Shown: positions 23,395-36,260 of the stretch, in pieces
Numbering within the stretch: position 1 is the stretch's first letter
Layout: the number at the start of each line of letters is the position of its first letter
DNA from: Nemertoderma westbladi
Lineage: Eukaryota; Animalia; Xenacoelomorpha
Length of the DNA: 48,164 nt
NCBI GenBank assembly: GCA_032718475.1
Contig: JAUCBJ010001902.1
Span: 1 to 48,164 of the forward strand
Direction: 5' to 3'
Notes under the pieces: generated by a model
Told to the model about the DNA's origin: nothing
Seen by the model: only the letters and a program-made list of their open reading frames with translations
The model's database searches: none
Made by a program: the position numbers and the translations under genes

Positions 23395-24505
23395 GGGTAA
23401 ATCTTTTAGACCTACGCGTAGGCCTACGCGTAGCTACTCGTAGTTCGCAACATTGGGTCATACAACACCAGTTTCAGAGTTTTAACATTAACTACGCGTA
23501 GCTACGCGTAGGTCCTACGCGAACTACGCGTATGTGCTACGTATAACAACGTGTAGGTGCTACCGATAACTATGCCTATACGACGTTTATCATTAGTATA
23601 TAGGCCTACGTATTCCAAGCGGTTAAGTACTAAAATAAGACAATACGGTATGTTCAATATACAACCCACAACAATCAAATGCTTTCAACAGTAATGTATG
23701 TATACCTGTATACTCTCTTTGTAGTGACGCTAAGACTACATATTCTTCACTTCATGCGTTGCGCACGCTAAAATGTGTTAATAATGTTTAGAGCTCAAAA
23801 ATAGTTTACAAAGGAAATAGGCCGATGGTTCTTATCCTTTGCCTATTGCCTTTGTTCACGAGAGGGCAAGGATATATTTAATATGCTAACCCATTGACAA
23901 GGGAAGGGGGAGACTAAATTGTCTACCATGATTAGTTGCACTTGTTGCTTGTTATTTGACCAAACAATTGAATTATCTGATTATATGCAGTGTTATCAGC
24001 TTTCGCTTAGCCACTTCACCGGTAGATTGGTAGCTTATACTGTACTACTGTAGAATAGTTGCATTATCCAATGCAAACAAAGATATTTGAATCATGAGAC
24101 GTGACTTTTAAGTCTACTTTTTATTCATCCTGTGTTTGTATGTGAAAGAGCCGAATATTATTTATTACCAGTGCTGTATGTAGAGATATGAGCTTCCGAT
24201 TCTGGTTATTCCATTTGTCTGATAATCAGATACCTGACATATACCAATACTTGCCTAACACCTCAACCCTACCGGACCTGAAATGAAAAAAATTCATTGT
24301 TATCAGGACTGCTACTCGTAGCACCTACGCGTAGTTTCAAAATACCTACGCGTAGTTCCAAAATACCTACGCGTAGTTTTAAAACACCTACGCGTAGTTG
24401 TTAAAAAGGCAGTAAGTCTGGCCCTACCGGTAAATGACAGGAATGGAAGTTACAAACTACGCGTAGCTACGCGTAGGCCTACGCGTAGGTTGAAAAGATT
24501 TACCC
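23395..24505. mobile_element. Mutator-like (MULE) MITE with palindromic subterminal repeats
   Basis: TIRs GGGTAAATCTTTT...CCTACGCGTAGGCCTACGCGTAGCTAC and GTAGCTACGCGTAGGCCTACGCGTAGG...AAAAGATTTACCC; 9-bp flanks CACACTAAT (23386-23394) and CACAATAAT (24506-24514), 8/9 identical. Confidence 0.85.
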
Positions 24506-24559
24506 CACAATAATCTACCAGTATTGCGGTATTTAACCAGATCGGAATGCTAAATGATA

Positions 24560-24660
24560 CAGTATAGCTATATAACTATATATATTATATATATATATAT
24601 ATTATATATATTATATGCTATATTATGTATAGCTTAATATAACTATAACTATATAACTAT
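24560..24660. repeat. Degenerate (TA)n / TATAAC low-complexity tract
   Basis: Directly visible alternating TA sequence. Confidence 0.85.
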
Positions 24661-25165
24661 ACCTACATAACATACTGTACCTACTGGTGATTGCCAGCAA
24701 AAACTAAATGTAAACCAGTAAACTGTATGACAACAAACTAATCCATTGTTACCAATGGATTAGTTGACCACATCCGGGCTTCATTTGAATACGTACAGTA
24801 ATTTGTTCATACAACACTTTTTAAAATAATAACAATTATATTTTAATGAATGCAGTAGGCGAATTTTAATTTTAGTTAAATATAATCCAGCCTTAATGTA
24901 ATCAACCACTGCCATGTTTTACTGAACATATTATGGAAGTTTTAACTAGAATGTAAACTTCTACAGTATGTTTTACCTTTACTTTTAATGTATTTGTGTT
25001 CGTATTTTAATGTATTTGTGTTCGTATTTTAATGTACGTGTTTGCGTTCGAAATCATTCTAAAATATTTGGTGTCATCATATCCCCCCATTCATTATTTT
25101 ATTTTATTGTGAATTGTAATAATTGTATACTTAGTGAATATATTATACTTGTGACCTCCTACATA

Positions 25166-28100
25166 TAGTCCGGCAGCCACAATGGTATACCGAAAATATT
25201 TGGACGGATTAAACTTTTTTGATGTTTTGAGTTCTATAGGTCCCACTTAATGAGGAAATGGCGATTATAACATTTTTGACTTTGGGCATTTTGAAATAAC
25301 GACCTAGTTGCTAAGGACCACGTAATTATCATTTAAAGCATAGCAACTGCAAACAGCATGACACAATGGACTGAAATCTTCTACAAAGTCAATATAGTTC
25401 ATTTACGAAATAATGACAATATTTTTTGTCTGATTTCTAGATCCTGTTGCTATGGCGACGGCATTCAAGTTTAGTGTTGCGATTTCAAACGCCTTTAATT
25501 ATACAATTAGTTACAAAATATGCACCAAAGTTAGTCAGATTGTGTTTATTTTATTAGCGTGGCCTTTCTGTAACTTTAGACAAGGTTAAGAATCTAAATT
25601 GGGCTGATATTTATTTCCTAACCTGACATGTTTAAGTGTTAACATAATTATTAAAGATTACAAATTTCAGCGATTATAACATTTAGGTGATGTTTCTACG
25701 GTAGTGTTTTCTTTATGGAATAGCTAGTGAGTTTCCAGGTCTCTGCATTTAAATGGGACTTGTTCTATAGAAAATTGATATACTCGTAGTTTTCATTGAC
25801 ATGAAAATGTCATTAGCTTGTAAAAAATTCTAAAATGACTAGTTCGAACATTCATAAGATATAATGGGTGCCACCTGGAAAAAACAGTAACTATTGTATC
25901 TGGTAAAAAAAATAGCTAGTAAAATCTCAAAACGTGATCATTTAAAAGTCAATAGATAAAATGGGGTTAACGGGCCGCTAACTACATAGTTAACGGGTCG
26001 GGACTAGAGTCATCCGACTCCCTTACAGGTTGACAGGAGTTTACCTAGGCAATGCCAAGCAAACTACTGTATAAACGAATTTAAGTTCCATGAATTGTAA
26101 GAAATCCAGGCATTCACTAGCTATGCTAATAACCAAACCACACAGGAATATTGAACCTACTGTACCTTATCACATGTGGATGAAGCGGATCATTCTGTAC
26201 TGAGATTAACCAAAAAGGAAATGTCAAAAGAACTAGATTACGACATAGATATCAAGAGTTATACTGGTATTTCAAACCCGGTTTAATGCCTTGCCATTAA
26301 AAGTTATGGCGGGGTCTGCTATTGGTCTACATCGAGCTAAATGTATTGACCATGAGTTCCTCAAAGATGTCACTATGTAATTTGGTATTTTCCTGTTCAG
26401 TACGGTGGACTTACATTAGGGGGGATGCATACATTAATGAGTTTCATTGGAACCATAGGAAGTTTAATGGTTGAAACCGACCTCTCTGAAGTGTATCGTG
26501 TGTATTTTGGCGGTGTTTCGAAGATGTTATCTGGGAAAAAGTTTCCACAGAACATGCGCGCTATGCGCATTTTCGCAGATAAATATTCTATATTTGTTCT
26601 ATTATTACATTTTTATCTGAGGGAAAGAACAGGTATAACCAATTCAATTTTCATAAAATCCCCATTAAAAAACCGTACCACAGTAACAGACGTGGGCGAT
26701 ACAGTAAAAATGCATCGTGGTATCATAGGAAATCTTTTGGGATGCCATGCATTATCTGTGTGTGAAACGGTTGTGAGTATGTTTGAGATTGGCAAAGCGA
26801 AAGTCATCAAGGCTTTGGATAAAGGACTCACTTGGAGGACTTGTTTGGGAGATATGGAAGCACCGCAATCTACAGTCTTAATGGAATGTACTAACTTTAT
26901 AACTGACTGGCGTGACTGCTATGGATATGACACAGACAACATGACCCAGTCATGACAAAAGGTGTGCACAGAAAAAACAATTACCAGCTGTGCAAAGCTG
27001 CAAACAATACCACCAACCACTGACTCCTTCTCAGAGAACGTGAAAAGGGCCCATTTGCAAGTAAAGGTGTGGAAGAACACAATGGAAATTAGACCACCTA
27101 GTGTAGACCCCAGAGAATATGGGTGGATAATAGCTAACAATCAACTTTTCCTGATTGCAATCCCTGAGGGCATACCACCAACGCCGGAATGCATTTTGCA
27201 ATTAATTCGGTGTAACTGTTCATCAAAAATCCAATGTAAATCGCAGAAGTGCATCTGCAGAAAAAACCAACCTGATTGCACAGAATTTTGCAACTGCAAT
27301 AAAGATTCATGTGCAAACTTTTCGTAATCTCATATTGTATTATAATCAAACAATGAATAATATAAAATGCAGTCTCCATATTCGCCATGCATTAACTAAA
27401 TTTTGTATATTTAGTATTAAAAAAAAGTGTTATAAACAAGCGAGTCAATGTCGCGAAATGACCGCAAACACAAAATAAATTTTGGTGGGTTTTAAAAATT
27501 GGTTTAATTTAATTAAAAACATTAAGGGAAAGGAGCAGGTTACAGTGGCGATGTTTTCTAACCAAAACAATAAACTATGCATTATTTCACTTGCGGTCAA
27601 TTAGCGCCGAAGATCACTATTTTCACTTGCGGTCAAAGTGCGCCACTATCTGAAACAAGCAGGAAACAAATTATTTATATATACATTTTAAAGTAATAAT
27701 TTTTTGTCAAGGTTTTAAATGCTTCCGATGTGATGACCGCAGTAAATTACTGTGGTTTCCATGAATACGGGTATTTGTTGCTAAACACATTTCTACACAA
27801 AATTGATGTTGTGCACATTATTTAGGGAAATACATATTATTAATAAAGTGCACAGACGAAACAAAAAACACATGAGTGTCAGTAGGCATAGTAGTTTTTC
27901 CTTGCAAAGATAGAGCGATAGTTGTAGTGCCTTCGTTACCATAGCAACATTTCAATAGTTTCTCTAAAATTTTCATATTTTCGATCAAAATTACAACCAG
28001 TTCAAGCCCAACAGTTAATCGCCATTCTGATTGCTAAGCTTTCAAAGAAATTGCTGTAGTCCATAGAAACGGATCATTAATTCAAATTGCCCAAGGTGTC

Positions 28101-28213
28101 AAAGTCCATAAATCACTTTTTTATGTTAAGAGGGACCCCTACACACCAAAACATCCAAAAAATGTAATCCGTCCAAAAATTTTCGGTTGGGCCAAAAAGA
28201 GGTACTAGGACTA
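25166..28213 (+). mobile_element. Academ (AcademX-type) DNA transposon, internally deleted and degenerate
   Basis: TAGTCC...GGACTA termini; imperfect TIRs sharing ACCGAAAAT..TTTTGGACGGATTA...GATGTTTTG; 3-bp TSD ATA (25163-25165, 28214-28216); internal coding relics of transposase, XPG-like nuclease and Cys-rich tail. Confidence 0.85.
26416..27327 (+). pseudogene. Academ polyprotein relic (transposase segment, XPG-like H3TH segment, Cys8/CXC-like finger)
   Basis: LGGMHTLMSFIGTIG...MLSGKKF; HALSVCET...IGKAK; IPPT...KRAHLQVKVW...DPREYGW; CNC...C...CICRK...CTEFCNC. In-frame stop at 26953-26955 and large deletions. Confidence 0.85.
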
Positions 28214-28793
28214 ATAGTCGAGTCATGTTTGTTTAGTTTAAGAAGATATATTTTTTTTGTATTAGTGTTTCTATTATTGTTTCTATAGTGTTTTGGTGTA
28301 ATAAAAAACTTCAACTTCAATCAGCTGACCAGTACAGCAGTATGTTTAATATTGCTGTCTTGACGCAGAAATTGACAAATTGCATGGAGAAAGTGTTGTT
28401 GATTATTTGCATGGAGACAACCTTTATCTCTATCCTCTATGCATTCAGCTGTACAGTAAAATAAGTTTACCCTTTACCCAGCTTGTTTCTTAGATTGAAA
28501 GGTGGGAGAAACCAATGCTGCATGCCACCACAGAACAGTACCAGTACAAGTAGTGGAGAGCAGCGCACGTTTTGAATGAAGATAAATATTTTATTATTAT
28601 TTATTATGCCAACACTACTGTATTTTCTGTAGTTTACTCTTTTTATTAAAGTTGAGACAAGTATTTGCACGACATACATGACAGAAGGAGGGGTTACTGT
28701 AACTAACGATAACGACATATTGGTGGGTTCTCTAACTCTAACAGTCATTCGTGAACTAGGTAGTACGTCGATGCCGACCAATGCTTCGAAATT

Positions 28794-29086
28794 TTTGTGA
28801 AATTTTTCTTGCATCGAAAGCCATCCCCCCCCCCCTCCACTAGGCTACTCTTATCTACGACTGAAACTCATATTTTATCAAAATATCAGTTTGTGAAATT
28901 TTTCTTGCATCGAAAGCCATCCCCCCCCCCCCTCCACTAGGCTACTCTTATCTACGACTGAAACTCATATTTTATCAAAATATCAGTTTGTGAAATTTTT
29001 CTTGCATCGAAAGCCATCCCCCCCCCCCCCCCTCCACTAGGCTACTCTTATCTACGACTGAAACTCATATTTTATCAAAATATCAG
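28794..29086. repeat. 3 tandem copies of a ~96-100-bp unit containing a variable poly-C tract
   Basis: TTTGTGAAATTTTTCTTGCATCGAAAGCCAT(C)nTCCACTAGGCTACTC...AATATCAG repeated with n = 11, 12, 15. Confidence 0.95.
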
Positions 29087-31516
29087 AAGTGATTAACGAA
29101 TAAAGAAATGACAACTGGCCTTTATTATTAAAATCAATTAATTGTAGCTGTACAGCTGTACAAGGTCACCTGGGTGTATTGTAGGCCTAGAGTATTTAAT
29201 GTACTGTAACAATTCCATAGCAAAGTCAGTTTAATAATTGCCTTACAATGAAATTTCGGCCCAATAAATGCTACGCAAATACAGTAAGTTGGGATGTCTA
29301 ATGTAAGTGGGTAATAAGTCGGGAAACGCAATCATAGGGGACGTAAATTCGCTAAGGGCATGTTCAATTAAGGTTACAGCACAGCTCACTGCACATTTAA
29401 CATAATAGTGCGTAATAGGGAAAATTAATTAACCGCGTTTGTGGATCGCATGTGAAAAGACCGTTGGATTTGTTATAAATGTGCGTGCAGTCATTGTTAT
29501 TATGTAAATGTAAGTATTGTAGTTGTTCGATGTGGTTTGAATACCTACAGTAGGCGTGCGCGGTCAACTACTGTGCCCATAAACTTCATATACTTATGTA
29601 CAGTGTTAGTGGCACAATGGATATTACTGCCTCAAAAGGGCCAACACGTTGGTGTTATCCGTGGTGGAGAGATATATAAAACTCTAAAACAAATATTTCG
29701 TTTCGAAACAGAATTTGGGTGAATTTTGTTTGCAATTAATACATATTATATAACGGTTCCTCACAATATTAAATACTGAGAGTTAAGAATTCATCCACAA
29801 TACTTGATGCCTTTAGCTGATCTTCTTTCTGTTCTGCGGCTGAATTATAGGAATGCTACAGTATATATTAATAAAGAATGCTATGCTGGTTTAGTGCTAA
29901 GCCAAACAAATTTGCGCCGCCACAACTTATTGTGACCCATGACTTTGAGAGATTATCTACATCTTCAATGCAGCGTCTGTTAAGAATTGTCTCAAGAGAA
30001 AGACCTACTCTGTCCACCATGCTTATTCTCTCCATGAGGCAGGCAGCTTGGGTGACTACTGAGACACATTCAATGCGATATACAGTAGGGTCTGATTATT
30101 GGAGATTTGATCAGTATACTTGACACAATGAATCCGACGTAGCATTGTGTACGAACATAATCGAACCTTGAGATTCCTCTATATTCTATGTAACATGTAC
30201 ATCCTTCACGTGTAATCGAATGAAATTCGAAATTAAATCATTCGAAATTACAGTATTCACGTGTGAAAGTATGAAACAGACCCATTACTGTACGTTGCTG
30301 AAATGATCCATTGTAGTCATTTGGCCTTGGTTTACTCCCCAACGTACAATTTAAGGGACAGGCTGCATGTTTTAATCTTATCCACTTAAGGTGTAGGGTG
30401 CAGCAGTTGCAGTCCAATATACTTCAGTACAACAATGAAGCTTTGACTGACTATTAAACACTTCTATGCACAGCACTACACGGCCAAAAACACTCGTCCT
30501 TCACGCGTGGTTGCGTTCAACCTTAATCACTGTGTTGTTATTCATGGCGTTGGTATCCTTCAACTTTGCTACCTGTTACTCGCTAAAGTCTTCGTATTGA
30601 CTATCTCAACTGGAAGAGAGTCAGGGAGCGTAAGTAATACCCACGCGAGTGGTCCAGAGACATTCACAAAAAGGTAATTACGCAATTGCAGCTCTTTCTA
30701 ACTGTACAATACAGGTATAAGGTTGTTTTTTTGAATTCCAGATGCCAAATAAATAACATATTTCCCTAAACATCACAATACAATTATTATTATGTACAAT
30801 TCACAACAACTACTGTAGGCCTACATTACAATCTGTACGTTTTCTCATAAGCGCACTGGATTCAGTTTTATTTTTTTTTTATATTTTGGTCTTGTTTTAG
30901 GAACTGTTTTTACTTAAATTAAATTTTTTCTGTATTTATATTGAATGTAAATAAATAAAAACCGATGTAGACGCTCTTTAGAATATAGTCGATTATATTT
31001 CTAACTAGAGTGGCGTGTGGCTCAATACCAAGGTGTACTAAATAACAGGTCATGCAGCGAGAATTGGCCTCCAATTATTGGAGGCTGAACATTTTTATTA
31101 AAGTGGGAGTGTGTATACCTAAGATTTTAAATCACACAAGATTACTAAAATTACGCATCAGCTAGTGCAGCACTCAGGCAGTGCTCTCTCTGTACCAGTT
31201 TGCGCTGTTGTGTATAACAGTACCGGTACTCAGGCAGTCAGGCACCTGTTGCTGATATAACAGTATAATGAATTTCAGCTTTCTGGCTTTTACTGTTTCA
31301 TTACAGCAATAGGCCTAGCCTAACAGTTCTGCGGCTAATTAGCTAATTAATAAAGTCATAAAGTAGACAGGTTAGCGGGTACGGGGTGGGTAGGCCGAAA
31401 GTAGGCATGGCTTATTGAATAGCTAGCTGCCTTAAAGTAAATTCTGATATTGCTGTATTCCTGTATTCTGGTTGTCGCAATTTGTATAATTGTATAAGGC
31501 CGAGTTGATATTGAAT

Positions 31517-31685
31517 ATGCCGAGGAAATGTAGTGTTGGAGGTTGCCGAACTGGATACGATAAACTCAAGGATGGAACTCTAGGAGCAGGGGAGACAAAA
31601 ATTCCAATATATCGCTTTCCAACTGATCCACTTGCATTGCAAGCCTGGTTGCAACGCCTATCGAATATCGTTAAGCCTAAGTTAA
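31517..31685 (+). pseudogene. N-terminal half of a THAP zinc finger, out of frame with the transposase core
   Basis: MPRKCSVGGC...YRFP.D.....W matches the THAP start, but the closing CxxHF motif is absent. Confidence 0.75.
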
Positions 31686-31710
31686 GTTATAAGCTCCACA
31701 TAAGTTCCTT

Positions 31711-33705
31711 ATGTGGAGTGAGCTTGAGGAACTCATACGATTTATTAAACATGACCAGGAAGAGAAAGAAGATGATGAAACTAATCGTTCCAAATGGAAC
31801 TTTATCCTTCATCAAATAGAATTACTTAATATTCCGAAAAATCGTCGAATTTATTCGAGGTATGATTTAATTACCGCGTTTCACTTGTATTCTAAATCTC
31901 GTCGATTATACATTGAATTGAGAGACTTGCTACAACTGCCGTCAATACGCACCCTGCAAGCGCTAACTTCTATGGTGAGCAATGTCCCTCAAAACGATTA
32001 CATTAAATCAATGTTAGCGAAACTTCAACCTCGATCAAAGTACTCAATTATATTAATCGATGAAGTCTATGTTAGTGAACAATTGACCTACCACAGTGGA
32101 GAGGTTTACGGCAAGGCTCTTGACAAACCCGACGAAATGGCGAAGACTCTTTTGTGTCTCATGGTGAACTTGAAGTTCACGAACATCAAGTTTGTTGTAA
32201 AAATGATACCAATTAATTCGCTAGATTCTGCATTCCAAGTGACCGTTGTAAAGAATGCCATTAATTCGATCGAAGAATTTGGGGGTATTGTATTGGCAAC
32301 TATTACTGACAACACTAATGTGAATCGTAAGTTTGCGCACGATTTTCCTATTCCGGTTGGACGATCCCCGCCAACCCCGTTATTACACCTGAAGGATACC
32401 GTGCATCTCCTTAAATTGATTAGAAATAACTGGATAACGGAAAAATTACAGAAACTTGAATTTTTTGATCCTGATGATGTTTCAAAAACAACTCGATGTG
32501 CCTGTTGGTCAGATATTGTTCTACTATTTAATGCTGAGAAAACCAACTTGTTGAAACTTACAAAACTTAATCACGATTCGGTTTGGCCGACTTCAATACA
32601 GCGACAAAATGTCAAACTGTGCCTGCGTGTATTCAACGAGAAGACAGTAGCTGCGCTGCGTATTCTCAGTCTATCTTCTACCACCGCGGATACTGCTTTA
32701 TTTATAGAAATTGTTCTAAAGTGGTGGAAGGTTGTTAATGTTAAAACAACTTTCGAGGCAATTCGCTTCAACGATTTAGATCGTAAAGTTATTGATAGGG
32801 TAGACCATCCAAGTCTTTTATTTTTATCGAAAATGTCTGTATTATTTGGATTTATGGGTAGCAAACCGCGGGTTATTACTCATAAAGTTGTTAAACCCAG
32901 AGTCTGTAAACCTCCAGCCAAGCGGCGATTAGTGGGAAGGTGTTCATTGCAAAATGTTATTCCTGGCAGAACAACCCGAATATCCAAGCAACAAAAACGC
33001 ATTTCTAACAAGCGGTTTAAATGCCTTACCAGGCAAACATCCCTCGGGTTAGTTGAAACTTGTAAAGGAATGATAGAACTCGCAGAATTCCTACTCACCA
33101 CTGATCTCCCAGTAAGGCACAAATATGTCTGTCTTAATTTCTTCCAAGACGATGATTTGGAAGGATATTTTGGTCATATACGGCAATCGCATGGGGGAAA
33201 TTATTATCTAGCTGTTCAACAATTTGTAGAGACGCACCGTATTGACTCAGCTAGCTTATACCTGAGATTGGATTTGAATATTGATCTTGGTGAACAGGGC
33301 CATAATTGCGGTTCATGCAATATTGAATTGACAGATGCCGACGATACCATTATTGCTTGTTTGAGCGATGTTACTCCAGCTCATCTACATAGCTCAGTCG
33401 AGAGTTTATCCATTGTTTATATGGCTGGGTATATTGCAAAATCTTTTCCGCAATACAAGATAGGATTTTTTTATTGTTATTTATGCACGAAATTTTATCG
33501 CAGTTCCATTACTAAATTTTGCCGAAAGAGTCTGATTGGTGCTTTAACAAAAATTTCAAATACATATTCAAGAGATTCCCAATTCCCTGATTCCCTGTTG
33601 CGAAAAATTTCTAACATATTGTTTAGTAATTTTTGCAAATTCTCCACCCCCTTACGAAAAATATCGAATGTGAAAGTGCCTTCAAAAATAAAAAAGCTGC
33701 AGTAA
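31711..33705 (+). CDS. P-element/THAP9-type transposase core ORF (lacks an in-frame THAP domain)
   Basis: LPSIRTLQ, IDEVY, ITDN, DTVHLLKLIRNNW, RQNVKLCLRVF, QDDLEGYFGHIRQSHGGNY, YMAGYI: the D/D/DxxH/E catalytic series of P transposases. Confidence 0.9.
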   Translation: MWSELEELIRFIKHDQEEKEDDETNRSKWNFILHQIELLNIPKNRRIYSRYDLITAFHLYSKSRRLYIELRDLLQLPSIRTLQALTSMVSNVPQNDYIKSMLAKLQPRSKYSIILIDEVYVSEQLTYHSGEVYGKALDKPDEMAKTLLCLMVNLKFTNIKFVVKMIPINSLDSAFQVTVVKNAINSIEEFGGIVLATITDNTNVNRKFAHDFPIPVGRSPPTPLLHLKDTVHLLKLIRNNWITEKLQKLEFFDPDDVSKTTRCACWSDIVLLFNAEKTNLLKLTKLNHDSVWPTSIQRQNVKLCLRVFNEKTVAALRILSLSSTTADTALFIEIVLKWWKVVNVKTTFEAIRFNDLDRKVIDRVDHPSLLFLSKMSVLFGFMGSKPRVITHKVVKPRVCKPPAKRRLVGRCSLQNVIPGRTTRISKQQKRISNKRFKCLTRQTSLGLVETCKGMIELAEFLLTTDLPVRHKYVCLNFFQDDDLEGYFGHIRQSHGGNYYLAVQQFVETHRIDSASLYLRLDLNIDLGEQGHNCGSCNIELTDADDTIIACLSDVTPAHLHSSVESLSIVYMAGYIAKSFPQYKIGFFYCYLCTKFYRSSITKFCRKSLIGALTKISNTYSRDSQFPDSLLRKISNILFSNFCKFSTPLRKISNVKVPSKIKKLQ

Positions 33706-33840
33706 TTGTTTTCTACTTAAACTGAATATAACTTGTGCTTTAAATTTATATGTATTATTTTATTATAGTTTTAGTATTAATAGTAGTAAATTCAATCGAT
33801 TTTTTGAAGCAGTTATAATAACTCTAATGATATTACATAT

Positions 33841-34240
33841 TGACAGACACATACAGACAAACAAACAGACATACAGACAGTCCAGATTCCGTCAAACATG
33901 AAAACTGATATTGGAAATGAAATCACCGACTAGGAAAACCGCTATAGTGAACATTTTAGATATGTGGTAAACTTCTTTATTTTTTGACAGACATACAGAC
34001 AAACAAACAGACATACAGACAGACAGTCCAGATTCCTTCAAACATGAAAATTGACATTGGAAATGTACTCACCGACCAGGAAAACCCCTATAAAAATATT
34101 TTAGCATTTTTTAGCTATGTGGTGATCTTCCTTATTTTTTCTCACTCATACAGACAGACAAACAGACATTCTAAATTCCGTCAAAAATAAATACTGACAT
34201 CGGAAATGGAATCACCGACTACGAAAACCCCAATATGGGT
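33841..34240. repeat. About 3 copies of a ~150-bp unit headed by CAGA/CAAA microsatellite-like runs, inside the right arm of the P element
   Basis: CAGACATACAGACAAACAAACAGAC...ATTCCGTCAAA...GGAAATG..ATCACCGAC...GAAAACC recurs; a related reverse copy lies near 42555-42650. Confidence 0.75.
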
Positions 34241-35759
34241 AATTTTAATAATCTTGTGTGATTTAAAATCGTAGGTACACCCTCCCACTTTAATAAAAAT
34301 GTTCAGCCTCCAATAATTGGAGGCCAATTCTCGCTGCATGACCTGTTATTTAGTACACCTTGCTCAATACCCTCACTCTTCATAAATACTTTTTATGTGG
34401 CGCATTTTTGTTCAAGGAGTACAGTAGGACAAGTGTAAGCACGGTGTAAGGGTAAGCACAAATAGGTTAAAAACTCTTTTCATCATGGGCTTATCCTACA
34501 TTATACCGGTTCATTGGTTCATACAGTAATAAAATATAAAATGGAGCGGAAATTTTTTTAAACACTGTTCTGCTCTGCAGTTACATTGTGAAAACTTGAC
34601 GCAAATACTGAATCGCTGTAAATAGCTGAATAGTGAATAGGGACAGGTATGATCTTGGTGTGTGTGTGGCGAGCTACTGTCTTGCATACAAGATCTTTAG
34701 TAAACTGCATTGCTATCTATCTATACTGTGTAGTATGTCATGGTACCGGTAACTGTTATTCACATTTAATTTTGGGACCAGAAATTTCATTCGTCAGCAG
34801 CTATAGGCCTACCACTCATTGGGTTAAGTTAAATTAATCGGGTTCAGCATTGTGTTAGTGGTCACTGGTCAGCACTAGTGCGAGTCATTCATTATAAGGT
34901 GCCCCCGAGAGTCAGTATACGGCGCCCACTCACAGACACATTATGATTGAAGGATTAACTCTAATGAATCTTAATAATGTCCCTTTACGTTATCAACAAA
35001 AGGTCGACTTACTTAATACGTTGTGCTTTTTCAACGAAAACATCAGGTATGCGACCGTGTGCCAGTATAAATCTATCTTACTGTATATGAATGTCGTGTT
35101 GTCGAAACCCCCAAGGTTCTAATACTGGCTGCAGCGACATACCGGTATTTATAAGGGTGCTTATAGCTATTTAATTTAATTTATGCAAATCTGGTCTGAA
35201 ACCAATACAATGGGTCAGGAAAGCCCCACAACAATCCTTCAGAGTATATTTAATTGGGTGATTTGGTTGGTTAACTGGAGAATATCAGATAAACTGCAGG
35301 CATTGGGTGTACTGCTTCCTTGTGACAAATAGAGCTTCTTTGCTAACTAACATTACATCGCGAAAAGGCCCCACAAAGCAAGCGACCGCACATTGTATTC
35401 GTTTATGGCCACGCAATACAAGCCGGATTACTGTAATTTTTATGGTTAAATAATATACTGTGGCAATTAGAATTAAAATTAAAGAAAAATGCAAAGGTAA
35501 GCTAACATAAATTTATCTACATCTTAATACTGTATTTTCCCTCATTTTTGTAAGTTTGCGAAGCTCTTCCAGTACTTAAAAATTCATAACCCGCAAAAAT
35601 TCGCAATCAAAATTCATCCTCTCCAGGGGGGGAAATCGACGCAAATAACAGCTGATTACCCCCAAAAAATTGATCTATAACCGGTACAAGTGACTTTAGT
35701 TTATTGTTTTCGTTATAATAACCTGACACTGTAACATAACGTTATGGATTGCATATAAA

Positions 35760-36260
35760 TGCTACCAAGAACGAATTCATGACTTTTAAAATGTTGATGG
35801 AAACTTGACAACAATCTATAATAATTAACTAAGGAAGGTTGGCGACTTCCGGTACCTTGGGTCATGGATAGCAAAAAAGACATAGAAGTTAGGAAAGCAA
35901 AAGCTTGGGTAGCTCTATCAAAAATGGATACCATCTTGAAATCAGATCTCTCCAGGCACCTGAAGACTAAGTTCTTTCGAGCCACAGTGGAAAGTGTAGG
36001 CCCTACTTTTATATGTGGGTGAGACCTGGACACTGACGAAATCACTTGAACACTGAATTGATGGTTGCTACACAAGACTACTAAGGGCAGCCCTAAACAT
36101 CATCTGGAGACAACACATGACAAACGCCGAGCTTTATGGTACAATACCACCTGTATCAACCACCCACCGTGAACGCAGATTAAGATTCAGTGGGCACTGC
36201 TGGCGAAGTAAAGACGAGGTCATACCAGATCTACTTTTCAGGCAACCAACACAGGGAAAA
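35760..36260 (+). pseudogene. Second RTE-like LINE 3' fragment (diverged family)
   Basis: Relic translations DFRYLGSW, DIEVRKAKAW, KFFRATVES, DGCYTRLLRAALNI and RLRFSGHCWR, with frameshifts. Confidence 0.85.

Larger units (their letters stand above)
31029..34362 (+). mobile_element. P-element superfamily (THAP9-like) DNA transposon
   Basis: 81-bp perfect TIRs (31029-31109 and 34282-34362), extending imperfectly to ~125 bp; CA...TG ends; perfect 8-bp TSD CTCAATAC (31021-31028, 34363-34370). Confidence 0.95.

Noticed and set aside
26962-27327. Host tesmin/LIN54-like CXC gene
   Set aside because: Lies within Academ TIRs and is contiguous with a stop-interrupted transposon protein relic.
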